A stretch of DNA of 64,000 bases, taken from positions 62,001 to 126,000 of the forward strand of contig NW_013657669.1 in assembly GCF_000142905.1 (NCBI RefSeq), given 5' to 3'. The notes under the pieces were generated by a model. That model ran no database searches. It was not told where the DNA came from and worked only from the letters and a program-made list of their open reading frames with translations. Position numbers and translations under genes: made by a program. This document shows positions 23,047-32,587 of the stretch, in pieces. This DNA comes from Thecamonas trahens ATCC 50062. Its lineage: Eukaryota > Protista > Apusomonadida. Position 1 is the first letter of the stretch. Each line of letters starts with the position of its first letter.

Positions 23047-23062
23047 CACGCACACACACACA
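23001..23062 (+). repeat. (CA)n microsatellite right of the assembly gap
   Basis: Direct inspection. Confidence 0.95.
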
Positions 23063-23075
23063 TACCACTCTAATC

Positions 23076-24701
23076 ATGGCAGCTGTGCGACCTTCATCCC
23101 GGTGGCGGGAAGGAGGCTCGCCGGATGCACAAGCTCGTCCACACTCTCACCACGACCCTTCTGTCACCCCAGACAGAGCCCACCTTCGCAACCGGGTGTA
23201 TCCGGCCTGGTGGCCACAGACACCTCCCACAGACACACTGGAAGCTGTTGTTGTTGCTGCTGCTGCTGCCAGTGGTGCTGCTGGTGCTGCTGGCACTGAC
23301 GCTGCTCGGCATCCCTCAACATCTGCTGCTCCCACACAGCTCCCGCCTGTACAACCTCGTCACCCTCACCCCCGTAAGGTGCATCATGCTCCCGCCAACC
23401 CTCACTCAGACTCTGACTCGGTACCCGCGCACTCTCGCCCGACCTCTGCTGATTCCCGTACCAACAAGTCCCGCCAAGTCCGTCGCCAACTTCTCCCCCA
23501 TGACCCCGATCCTCCTCCCGATCCCGATCCCGCTCCCGTTCCCGCTCCCGCTCCCGCCCACTCGGCCCATCCAACTCGCCCCTCCCGCGGCCGCGGCCGT
23601 GGCCGTGGTCGCGGTCGCAGTCGTGGCCGTGGCCGTGGCCGTGGCCGCCCCCGCAGTCGCTCCACTACTCGCCCCGCTACTCGCCCCGCTACCCGCCCCG
23701 CTACTCGCCCCACTACCCGCCCCGTCGCTCACGAACCGCCTACTCGTGACACGAGCTCACGCCCAAAGCCGGTGGCCATGTCCATTCCTTTCGGGCCGTC
23801 ATCCAACGCCAACCGCGCCCGGCCAGCTACCACCCGCCGCTCCAAGCCTGTCACCCAGCCGCCCAGTCCCAAGGCCGCCAAGGTCCGCAAGCGCAAGCTG
23901 GCATCGGTCAAGTCGCGCATCCGCGACCAGATTGCTGCCGACAAGCGCCGGTACGCCGCAGAGCAGGCTGCTGCCGATTCCAGCGCGCATTCCGCAGCAT
24001 CTGTCCGCCAAGCCGAAATCCGCGCCGCCCGCGCTCGCGCTCGCACTCGCACCCAGCATCCCGCTAGCGTCGATCCGCTGGACAACTTTGTCATCGCGGT
24101 TCCCAAGAACGCTCCTCCTCATCTCCGGCCAACCTCGCAGCAGCAGCAGCAACAGCCGCATCAATCACCCACGCCCGAGGCTGGCTCCTCCGAGCTGGAC
24201 GAGCATCTTGATGTGCCGGAAAGCTCTCCCTCCCTCACCGCATCTAAGTATGGCGTCATCGACGGCGTCATCGACGCCTTCCTTGCTGGTACAAGCGCTC
24301 CTGCTGCCGCTCCCGCGCCCGCCCCCGCGCCCCGCTCACCGCCGCACCGCCCGCGAACAGTCACCCCGTCATCCCCGCCACCGAACGATCTCGTCGCCTG
24401 GCTCCGCCGCCAGACCTACGCCACCTCACCCAATCCCCCCTCGCCGCCGTCACTGACTGACGACTCGTCCCCACCCTCGCCGCGTCTCCCTCTCCCTGGC
24501 CGCATCCCATCGCTGCCTGCCGCCCACGCCCCGCTCCGCGTCGCTGAGGCCTTTCTCCGTTCCGAGATCGGCGCCTTCTTTGCTCCGCCCGCCTCCCACG
24601 CCACATCGTCATCATCGCCATCGATACCTCATTCTGCTGCAGCTGCAACTCATCCTGCCGAGCGCTGGGACTTTGATCGTATCCTCAACGTTGCATCGTA
24701 G
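23076..24701 (+). CDS. Hypothetical Pro/Arg/Ser-rich disordered protein with RG and TRPA repeats
   Basis: About 540-codon ORF from ATG 23076 containing RGRGRG..., (TRPA)n, a helical segment KLASVKSRIRDQIAADKRR and C-terminal WDFDRIL. Confidence 0.65.
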   Translation: MAAVRPSSRWREGGSPDAQARPHSHHDPSVTPDRAHLRNRVYPAWWPQTPPTDTLEAVVVAAAAASGAAGAAGTDAARHPSTSAAPTQLPPVQPRHPHPRKVHHAPANPHSDSDSVPAHSRPTSADSRTNKSRQVRRQLLPHDPDPPPDPDPAPVPAPAPAHSAHPTRPSRGRGRGRGRGRSRGRGRGRGRPRSRSTTRPATRPATRPATRPTTRPVAHEPPTRDTSSRPKPVAMSIPFGPSSNANRARPATTRRSKPVTQPPSPKAAKVRKRKLASVKSRIRDQIAADKRRYAAEQAAADSSAHSAASVRQAEIRAARARARTRTQHPASVDPLDNFVIAVPKNAPPHLRPTSQQQQQQPHQSPTPEAGSSELDEHLDVPESSPSLTASKYGVIDGVIDAFLAGTSAPAAAPAPAPAPRSPPHRPRTVTPSSPPPNDLVAWLRRQTYATSPNPPSPPSLTDDSSPPSPRLPLPGRIPSLPAAHAPLRVAEAFLRSEIGAFFAPPASHATSSSSPSIPHSAAAATHPAERWDFDRILNVAS

Positions 24702-24980
24702 CCATCCCCCCCCCCATGCGGCCGTCACTCTCGCCGGGCCACAGTAGCATCCTCCCAGCAAGCCCCGTCGCCCCAACCCCCCCCCCCTCCCCCACATACA
24801 CACCAACCGGCGACACCACCCAACCCGTACACTGCCACACTCCACCCCTTCCGCCCCTCACCCTCCCCTCCTCTCCCGCAAGCTCACCCTCTGCAACCCG
24901 CACAAGGCCAGCCGCGCTGTCCCCACCCTCTCGTCCACCCCCGCCTCTGCTGACACGATCCGGAAAAGGTCGTGAAAGCC

Positions 24981-27953
24981 ATGGGCGACGTCGTCGACCT
25001 CACAGGCGACGACGAATGGGTGGCACAGAACCAAGCTCGAGGACAAGCTGTCCCTCCTGCAAGAGACACAAGCCCATCCCAGGGTACTCAGCCACTGATA
25101 GCGGCGCCTGGGGATAGGTCACATCGCAGAGGTGGACGGCGACGTCTCTCGCCTCTTCTTCCTTCTCTCGCCTTCTCGCCTGGCCTCTCGCCAGATCTCT
25201 CGATGCCTTCCATCTCGAGCTCTTCGTCAGACTCGGATGCGGACGAGAATGTTGCGACCCGCTTGCTCCCTGCTCGAGACCAGGATCGAATCCGACCTGC
25301 GTCGCCAGAACCTACCCTCGTGTCGCCGCTGATCTCGCCCGAGCCTCAGTCCCAGCCGCAGCCGCAGTCATCCCCGTCTCCATCTCCGTCTCCATCGCCA
25401 CCACCACCACCATCCCATGTGCGGACCCCTCCATTGGCGCCGACCCTTCGAGATAGTCGCAACTTTGGCGATCTCGACTCGCCGCAGCTCGTTCCCGAGT
25501 CACCGCAGTTTCGCCGAGCCTCGCCGCCTCCCGCACACACCCACTCGGTCGCATCTGCTGCATCAGCACCTGCTGCCGTGCCACAAGAGGCTCTCCGCGC
25601 CAAGGCTCATATGGCTGAGCTCGACACTCAGATTGCTTCCATCTCGGAGCGGATCATGTCGCTCCGCGCCGAAATGGTCCAGCTGGAGGAGCGCAAGGCG
25701 CAGCTGCTCGACAAGCGTAACATGCTCGAGTTCGAGTCGGGCCGCCGCGATTGGGCCAACGGAAACTTTGACTGGGACGAGCCTGTTCAGGAGGCCATGG
25801 AGTCGGTCTTTGGCTTCTCGGCCTTCCGCTACGTTCAACGCGGTGTCATCAACGCCACCCTTGCCGGCCGCGATGTCTTTGCCGTCATGCCCACCGGCGG
25901 CGGCAAGTCGCTCTGCTACCAGCTCCCGGCCCTTTTGGCACCCGGCGTCACAATTGTCGTCTCGCCGCTCCTTGCCCTCATCCAGGATCAGGTCGCGGAG
26001 CTCGCTGCTCTTGACATCGGCGCCGCCGCGCTCGCGGGCTCGATGAAGGCTGCCGAGTACAAGGCTGTCGTCCGTGATATCACCTCGCCCACCGGCAGCA
26101 TCCGTCTGCTCTTTGTCACACCCGAAAAGCTCAAGCGCTCCGCCACGCTCATCGACGTCTTTGAGCGCATGTACGACGACGGTCTCCTCTCACGGGTTGT
26201 CATCGATGAGGCCCACTGTTGCTCGGCGTGGGGCCACGACTTTCGCCCCGACTACCGCGAGCTCGGCATCTTCAAGTCGCAGTTCCCCGAGGTGCCCATT
26301 CTTGCCGTCACCGCCACCGCCACTGTCGCCGTCCGCAAAGACGTCCTCAACATCCTTCAGATTCCGCAGTCAGAGGTCTTTGTCTCCTCTTTCTTCCGCC
26401 CCAACCTCCGCTACTCGGTTGTGACCAAGCCCGACTCGGCCGCAGACATGGACGCCGCCCTCCTCGCCACCCTCGCCGCCCCGCCCTGTGCCGGCAACTC
26501 CGGCATCGTTTATTGCCTCTCCCGGGCCGACACCGAGCGCGTCGCCGCTGTCATCGCCTCAGTCCCGGGCTCATCCGCTCTCCCCTATCACTCGGGCCTC
26601 GACGACAGCGTTCGTCGTCGCACACACACCCGCTGGAAGTCCGGTGCCGTCCGCATCATCGTCGCCACCATCGCCTTTGGCATGGGCATCAACAAGAAGG
26701 ACGTTCGCTTTGTCATCCACCACTCGGTCTCCAAGAACATCTCCGCCTACTACCAAGAGTCCGGTCGCGCCGGCCGCGATGGCCTCCCAGCCTCGTGCAT
26801 CCTCTTCTACCGCCCCGCAGACATTGTCCGACAGGCCGGCATGTGCAAGCACGACAAGGCCAAGCACGAGCAGCTCCTCTCCATGCTCGAGTACTGTGAG
26901 GCTGTCCAGGACTGCCGCGCCCGCTTCATGGCCGCCTACTTTGGCGACGCTCTCGACGCCCGCTGCTCGCAGTGCGACAACTGTGCTGCCCTGGCAGATG
27001 CCATCATCGCTTCGTCGGTCCAGCCCGGTGCCGTCGCTGAGCCGCTCCTCGTCGACGCCACTCCCGACGCCCTCGCCCTCTGCCGCCAGATCGCCTCCCT
27101 CGGCTCGCGCGTCCGCCGCAAGCGCGCCATGCTCACCGTCGTCCAGGCAGCAAAGGCCTGGCGCCACACTGGGTCCAAGGACAACTACTCGCCGGACATT
27201 CCCAAGCTCACCCGCTTCTCCGAGTCTGCCGCCCAGCGCCTCATCATGCGCCTCCTCTCCGCCCGAGTCTTCCAGTTTGCCTGCAAGTCGACCTCCCGCT
27301 CTGTCAACGCCTACATCACCCGCGGCACCCGATTCAACGCCATGCTCAACGGCAAGATGGCCTTTGAGGCGCCTGCTGCCCTTGTTGCCCCCACAACGAC
27401 CAAGCGCAAGCGGCGCTCGACCGTCTCTGCGCCCACATCCGATCCTTTGCCTGACGACGTGCCCCCGCCTCCGGCCAAGCGCCAAAAGTCGCTCGCGCGC
27501 AAGGCACCCGCAAAGCGCTCGCGTGCAAAGAAAAAGACAACCCGCAAGCGGACGTCCAAACGCAAGACGTCGCGGGCGCCAAAGAAGCGCAAGCAAGCTG
27601 CCCGTGCCTCGGCCTCGGCCGTCGTCGCCATGCCTGTCACTCGGACGCTGGCCCGACCCGCGCCGCCGCTCCCGTCACCGCTTGCTCCCGCGCTCGCCGC
27701 CAACTCGCCGGCCTCGTCATCTCTGCACGACTCGATCACCTCGTTCTCCACAGAGTCGGGCGTCTCACCGCTTGTCACGCACCACACACCCTCGCGGCTC
27801 CGCCGAGTCTCGTCGAGCTGCAGCCCGCCGCCGCCCGCACAGCCGTCGCACAAGCCCTCGCCGCCCGCTTCACCGGAGCATGTTGTCATCGTTTCGTCGC
27901 CGCTCCGCCAGGACCCCATCCTCTCATCCGACAACGACGATGACTTTATGTGA
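24981..27953 (+). CDS. RECQL: RecQ-family DNA helicase (RECQL/RecQ1-like)
   Basis: Coiled coil and WxxGNFDW before the helicase core; [48 protein letters not shown]; RQC zinc cysteines; basic NLS-like tail. Confidence 0.93.
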   Translation: MGDVVDLTGDDEWVAQNQARGQAVPPARDTSPSQGTQPLIAAPGDRSHRRGGRRRLSPLLPSLAFSPGLSPDLSMPSISSSSSDSDADENVATRLLPARDQDRIRPASPEPTLVSPLISPEPQSQPQPQSSPSPSPSPSPPPPPSHVRTPPLAPTLRDSRNFGDLDSPQLVPESPQFRRASPPPAHTHSVASAASAPAAVPQEALRAKAHMAELDTQIASISERIMSLRAEMVQLEERKAQLLDKRNMLEFESGRRDWANGNFDWDEPVQEAMESVFGFSAFRYVQRGVINATLAGRDVFAVMPTGGGKSLCYQLPALLAPGVTIVVSPLLALIQDQVAELAALDIGAAALAGSMKAAEYKAVVRDITSPTGSIRLLFVTPEKLKRSATLIDVFERMYDDGLLSRVVIDEAHCCSAWGHDFRPDYRELGIFKSQFPEVPILAVTATATVAVRKDVLNILQIPQSEVFVSSFFRPNLRYSVVTKPDSAADMDAALLATLAAPPCAGNSGIVYCLSRADTERVAAVIASVPGSSALPYHSGLDDSVRRRTHTRWKSGAVRIIVATIAFGMGINKKDVRFVIHHSVSKNISAYYQESGRAGRDGLPASCILFYRPADIVRQAGMCKHDKAKHEQLLSMLEYCEAVQDCRARFMAAYFGDALDARCSQCDNCAALADAIIASSVQPGAVAEPLLVDATPDALALCRQIASLGSRVRRKRAMLTVVQAAKAWRHTGSKDNYSPDIPKLTRFSESAAQRLIMRLLSARVFQFACKSTSRSVNAYITRGTRFNAMLNGKMAFEAPAALVAPTTTKRKRRSTVSAPTSDPLPDDVPPPPAKRQKSLARKAPAKRSRAKKKTTRKRTSKRKTSRAPKKRKQAARASASAVVAMPVTRTLARPAPPLPSPLAPALAANSPASSSLHDSITSFSTESGVSPLVTHHTPSRLRRVSSSCSPPPPAQPSHKPSPPASPEHVVIVSSPLRQDPILSSDNDDDFM

Positions 27954-27955
27954 GC

Positions 27956-29815
27956 TCACCTCCCCTCCAGCCGCGCAATTGCCCGAAGAAAATGGGCGTC
28001 ACCGTGAGCTGACATCATTTCCCGTGCACCCCAGAACGCCTCGTTGCCGAGCGCGTTGTTGCCTTGCTCCTCCGCTGCCTTGGGCACAGCCCACTCGTTG
28101 ACGTACACCCCGCGGCTGGCGAGCGCCTCGAACCCGGCCTCGCTCACCTCGGTCGCCCGGAACAGGTCAACGTACGCCAGTGCCGGACACCCGCCCGCCA
28201 GCGCCGCCACGCCGGCGTCGGTGATCATCCGGCACCGCCGAAGTGTGAGCGACACAAGCTTCGGCAGCCCGCTTGCTATCGCTTCCAGCACCTCGTCGGT
28301 GATACGCAACGCAGAGAGGTCAACAATCTGCAGCTCAGGGCACGCCGCAATCATGGTCAGCACCGCCTCGTTGCGCAGGCTGGAGTCACCGGACAGGTCG
28401 ATGAGTTCGAGTTTGGGCCATAGCGGAATCAGCTCCATGAACGACGAGGTGAAGACCTTGTTCACCCGCCGCAGCCGCACTCGCCGCATCGCAGGCGTCA
28501 CGCCCGCCAGCTCGATCAGCGTCCGCGATCGCATGTACCCGCACTCGGAAATGTCGAGCGACTGCAGATGCATGACCCCGATGTCGGCCAGCGTGTGGAG
28601 GACATTGTCGGTGAGCTTGCGGCACCGCGCGAGGTTGAGCGAGACGAGCCCGCTCGCAGAGTCGAGCCTGCGCAGCGCCGCGCACACTGCCTCGTCGTTG
28701 AGTCGGTGGCAGCCCTCGAGTGAAAGATACGTCAAGTTGGGCGTAGCCCGCGCGATCGCCTCAACCACCTCGTCGCGGACAAAGTCGCAGTGTCCGAGCG
28801 AGAGCGTCTTCAGTGCCCGCCCCTCGCACGCCTCCACCAGCGCCACCACTCCGGCTGACGACGCTTTGACGCACCCATCGATGATCACCTCCTCCAGTTC
28901 CCGCCCCACAGCCTCGCCGATCGCCACCAGCGCAGCATTGCTCACCGCGTCAGAGCACCGCGCCACAGACAGCGACCGCAGACTGTCCGCGTGCTTGCGC
29001 ACCACATCAAGCAGCAGCGCCTCGCTCATCCGCCAACACCCGTCGAGCGCAAGCACCTCGAGCGCCTGCGGCGCGCGCGCCAGCGGCGACACCGCAGACG
29101 GCGACTGGATCACGCCACGCACATCGCGAAGCGAAAGCACACGCAGCTTCGGCACGCAGCTCTCGATAGCCTGTAGATCGCTCTCTCCAAGCATGCACTC
29201 GTCAAGCACAAGGACCTCCAGTCCACCCAGCGGCGCAAGGAGGCCCGCGAGGTCAACCCCGCCGCCTCCGCCCCCGGCAGGTGATGCCGACGAGACAAAG
29301 ACCCCGGTCAAGTCCAAACTTTGCAGCCGTGGGCAAGCTGCCACCGCGGAAGCCGCCAAGCCCAGCGATGCGCATCGCGCCAGCGAGAGCTCGCGCAGTC
29401 CGCCGCCGATCCGCGGCAGCAGCTCCGCCAGCACAGGCGCCGTCCCCATCGACCGAACCACCGGCGCTAGATGCAGCGCCCGCCACAGCGTCCCGTCCCA
29501 CACAATCCGCCGCATGTCGCGGCAGACGCCTGCAAGCCGCAGCAGCTCCGCCTGCGAGAACACCGCCGTCCGCCCCATGATCCCCTCCGCCGCCACCGCA
29601 GGCAGCGCATGCTTCCGTCGAAAGTCTGATCGTGTTTGATCCTCTCTCACCCTCGCAAACCAGGCGAGCCGCCGCTTCGACCGCTCGTCGGCACCACCAC
29701 CGCGACGTCCATCGGGCATCATCTCCATCAGCACTTTGAGCTTGAGCTCGTCTGGCAGCCAACTCCACACATTTTCGCCCTCTCCCACCATTTGATCGCT
29801 TGCCACGCACTCCAT
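27956..29815 (-). CDS. F-box/LRR-repeat protein (FBXL-like)
   Basis: WSWLPDELKLKVL ... LLRLAGVCRDMRRIVWDGTLWRALHL, followed by many cysteine-containing LRRs (LxxLxLxxCxxITD). Start at 29815 or 29791. Confidence 0.9.
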   Translation of the reverse strand: MECVASDQMVGEGENVWSWLPDELKLKVLMEMMPDGRRGGGADERSKRRLAWFARVREDQTRSDFRRKHALPAVAAEGIMGRTAVFSQAELLRLAGVCRDMRRIVWDGTLWRALHLAPVVRSMGTAPVLAELLPRIGGGLRELSLARCASLGLAASAVAACPRLQSLDLTGVFVSSASPAGGGGGGVDLAGLLAPLGGLEVLVLDECMLGESDLQAIESCVPKLRVLSLRDVRGVIQSPSAVSPLARAPQALEVLALDGCWRMSEALLLDVVRKHADSLRSLSVARCSDAVSNAALVAIGEAVGRELEEVIIDGCVKASSAGVVALVEACEGRALKTLSLGHCDFVRDEVVEAIARATPNLTYLSLEGCHRLNDEAVCAALRRLDSASGLVSLNLARCRKLTDNVLHTLADIGVMHLQSLDISECGYMRSRTLIELAGVTPAMRRVRLRRVNKVFTSSFMELIPLWPKLELIDLSGDSSLRNEAVLTMIAACPELQIVDLSALRITDEVLEAIASGLPKLVSLTLRRCRMITDAGVAALAGGCPALAYVDLFRATEVSEAGFEALASRGVYVNEWAVPKAAEEQGNNALGNEAFWGAREMMSAHGDAHFLRAIARLEGR

Positions 29816-29975
29816 GATGCAAGCTCTACCGCCTCTCCAGCCTTGTGGCGGAGTGGTGGCCTCAGCCAGTCGGTTGCGACACATGCCTGTTTTGATGGCG
29901 AGCGCTTGAAAAGGTAGCGATTTCTGCAGAAATGCGTTCCTTCTGGCGGTGACCACAAACCAGGAGAGTAATTGC

Positions 29976-31306
29976 ATGGAAGCCTCGTTCCATGGGGCTC
30001 TCCTCGGCACCCTCGCCGGGGACGTTCTCGGAGCTCCCTTTGAAGGCGAGAGCATGGCCATGGTCCAACAGGTGATGCCGGATGGCCCGTGGTCTGTCGC
30101 CGACTCGCGCTCCTTTCCCAATGCTGTGCTAGCGGCGGTGGAACTCGGCGTCGATCTCGGCCCGTCGGCTGTTGGCGAGTACACCGACGACACCGAGGCC
30201 ACCTTTTCGCTCGCCGAGTCCATCGCTGCATGCCGCGGCGTCCATCGTCGCCATGCTGCCCTGAGTATGGCCCACTGGTGGGCCCGCGGCGCTCGCGGTG
30301 GATACTCGGGCTACACCTTTGCCAAGATGGCTGCGCTCGCGCGTGGTGCGTCGGTCGACGAGACCGGGGCAGGCACGTCCGCCATGCCCGGCGGCTCGTA
30401 CGCCAACGGCGGCGCCATGCGCATCGCTCCAGTCGGCCTTGCGTATGCTGCCTGCGCGCAATCGGTGTCTATTCCGCGCATCGGTGAGTCTTCCGGAGAC
30501 CCGGATGCTCTCGCACGTGTGGTCGAGTCCCTCCGCCAGCCAGTCGCCGCTGCTATTGCGTGCACCCACACCCATCCCGAGGCTATCGACGGCGCGGCCC
30601 TGCTGGCTGCCGCCGTCGCGCAAGCCGTTCACGTCTCTGCCGACGATGTGGCAACGCTCGATGGCCCGACCTGGTTTGGCGCGCTTGCTGCCGCATCAAC
30701 CACCGAGCCGCTCAAGACCAACATGCACACAGTGGCCGAGGCCCTTGCGAGCGTCGCGCCTGACGCGCCGCATCCAGAGAGCGTTTTTGTGCCCACCGAC
30801 AAAGAACTGCTGCAGAGCTGGACTGACAAATGGTTCCAGATCAGAACCTCGGACGCGATTCCCACCGTCCTCTACCTCATCGCCCGCTACGGCGTCGGCC
30901 CGCACGCCGCGCCCGCCGAAACCCTCGTCCGCGCCGTTGCGCTTGGCGGCGACANNNNNNNNNNNNNNNNNNNNNNNNNNNNNNNNNNNNNNNNNNNNNN
31001 NNNNNNNNNNNNNNNNNNNNNNNNNNNNNNNNNNNNNNNNNNNNNNNNNNNNNNATGACTGGCGCCGTCATCGGAGCTCTGCATGGCACAGAGTGGATTC
31101 CCGACGAGTGGCGGGCTACCTGGGAGAGCGATCCGCGGTACGGCGCGCCGGCGGCGGCTCCGCTCGCAGCCGCACTCGCCTCGCTTGCCTGTGCTGACGA
31201 CCAACCCGCTCTAGTTGTTCCAGACAACGATCCGCATGCTACGAACATCTCGGACGCTCTGGCTACCGAGCTTGCTGCCACCGAGCTTCCGACTCGGTTT
31301 GCCTAA
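29976..31306 (+). CDS. ADP-ribosylglycohydrolase (ARH3/DraG family), interrupted by an assembly gap
   Basis: GALLGTLAGDVLGAPFEG, YTDDT, SYANGGAMRIAP, THTHPEAIDGA, then GGD[gap]MTGAVIGALHG...WIP. Confidence 0.92.
30955..31054. other. Assembly gap inside the ARH gene, covering the expected DTDT metal-binding motif
   Basis: Run of 100 N. Confidence 1.
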
Positions 31307-31376
31307 GGCCATCAACCCGTCGCAAGCAGTAGTAAAGACCATCAAACGTTTACTAATCGCCGTCCATCACTCGTGA

Positions 31377-32287
31377 TCATCTGTTCTGCCAGTGGTTGCG
31401 CGAGCCGATGTAGTGATGCAGATAGCGGCCACCCCTGAACCGCAGCGGCGCCTTGCCCTCCCGCGATGGCGTCCATGATCTGTTCTCTGCCGCCAGCTCG
31501 TCAACTGTCCCGGTGGGAGCTGCGGTGCCAGCCGGCTCCATCAGCGCCTGGTACCACGACTCGAGGCGAGTGTACGGCCCGTACTCGCCCTTGACCATCA
31601 ACGGCACGGGCGCGACCTCGACCTCGCTGGGATCGACTTGAATGCGATCATGAACCACCTCGGCATCATCATCACCACCGTCGGCACCGCCGGCATTCCT
31701 TTCTGATCCGGCACCAACCACATTAGGATTGGCCGCCGACCTCACCGCCTTTGCCCGAGCGATCTCTGCGGCCCTCCCAGCTTCCAGTCGCTGAAACGCA
31801 ACGTCAGCGCGGACCGTCTTCTGAGCCAGCAAAGTCGCCACCAGCTCATCCCCCTCATCCAATCCCAACCCATCTGCCGCACTGGACGTGGCCACCACCA
31901 CAGGTGCCTCTACCACCACAGGCGCCGTCTTGCCTCCGGGTGCCCGGTACGTGAGCTGTAGTCCACATTGCATCGTAATGAGCAGAGTCAGATCCGGCAA
32001 GTCGGGCGAGCCATGTCGGACGAGCCGTGCAAGGCGAAACAAGGCGTTTCCGAGGTGTTGGACGAGTCAAACGTGTTGCGCGGGTCGGACGTGTTGCGCG
32101 GGTCGGACGTGTTGCGCGGGTCGGACGTGTTGCGGCGGCGGGTTGGGGAAGCCGAGTCACGTTGCGGCGCAAGGTGTGTGGTGCGGGATGGGGATGAGTC
32201 AGGGTGGCTACTGGCAGCAGAGGTGGTCGGGGTCAGGGCAAAGGGAAACAGGGAGTGTGTACGTACGCTGTAGGTCAGTCCCTCCAT
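31377..32287 (-). CDS. Hypothetical protein, 2 exons (32287-32267, 31955-31377)
   Basis: ATG...MEGLTYS|GTACGT intron ...TACAG|LTYRAPGG joins in frame. Ordered-looking C-terminus YGPYTRLESWYQ...LRFRGGRYLHHYIGSRNHW. Confidence 0.6.
32071..32134. repeat. 18-bp tandem repeat (ACGTGTTGCGCGGGTCGG) x3.5 in an intron
   Basis: Direct inspection. Confidence 0.9.
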
Positions 32288-32380
32288 TCCAAGTGATGTG
32301 ATGAGTATCAGAGCCGTTGGTACGGTGGTGGACTGGTGGTGGTAGTCGTCGTCGTCGTCGAGTCGGCCAACGGTCGAGTG

Positions 32381-32441
32381 ACCGACCGACCGACCGACCG
32401 ACCGACCGACCGACCGACCGACCGACCGACCGACCGACCGA
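32381..32441 (+). repeat. (ACCG)15 tetranucleotide microsatellite
   Basis: Direct inspection. Confidence 0.95.
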
Positions 32442-32587
32442 TAGGCTCATTCGCATCGAGACACAATGGCTCCACTTGTGAGGGATTCGATAGCCGGAAT
32501 TCGCACAGAGGGGGGGTGCAGTGGCACGGGTGGGTACGTGTAGGGAGGATGGCTTTAGTAGGCTCGCTATCTACGTGGGTTGAGATC

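Noticed and set aside
22123-23299. ORFs with (HT)n or (CV)n repeats spanning the gap
   Set aside because: Translations of (CA)n tracts and N runs.
28044-29639. 531-aa + strand ORF
   Set aside because: Ser/Ala-rich shadow of the F-box/LRR gene.
29816-30223. True coding overlap between the F-box ORF extension and the ARH gene
   Set aside because: The F-box domain begins right after ATG 29815 or 29791; the extension is the antisense of ARH.
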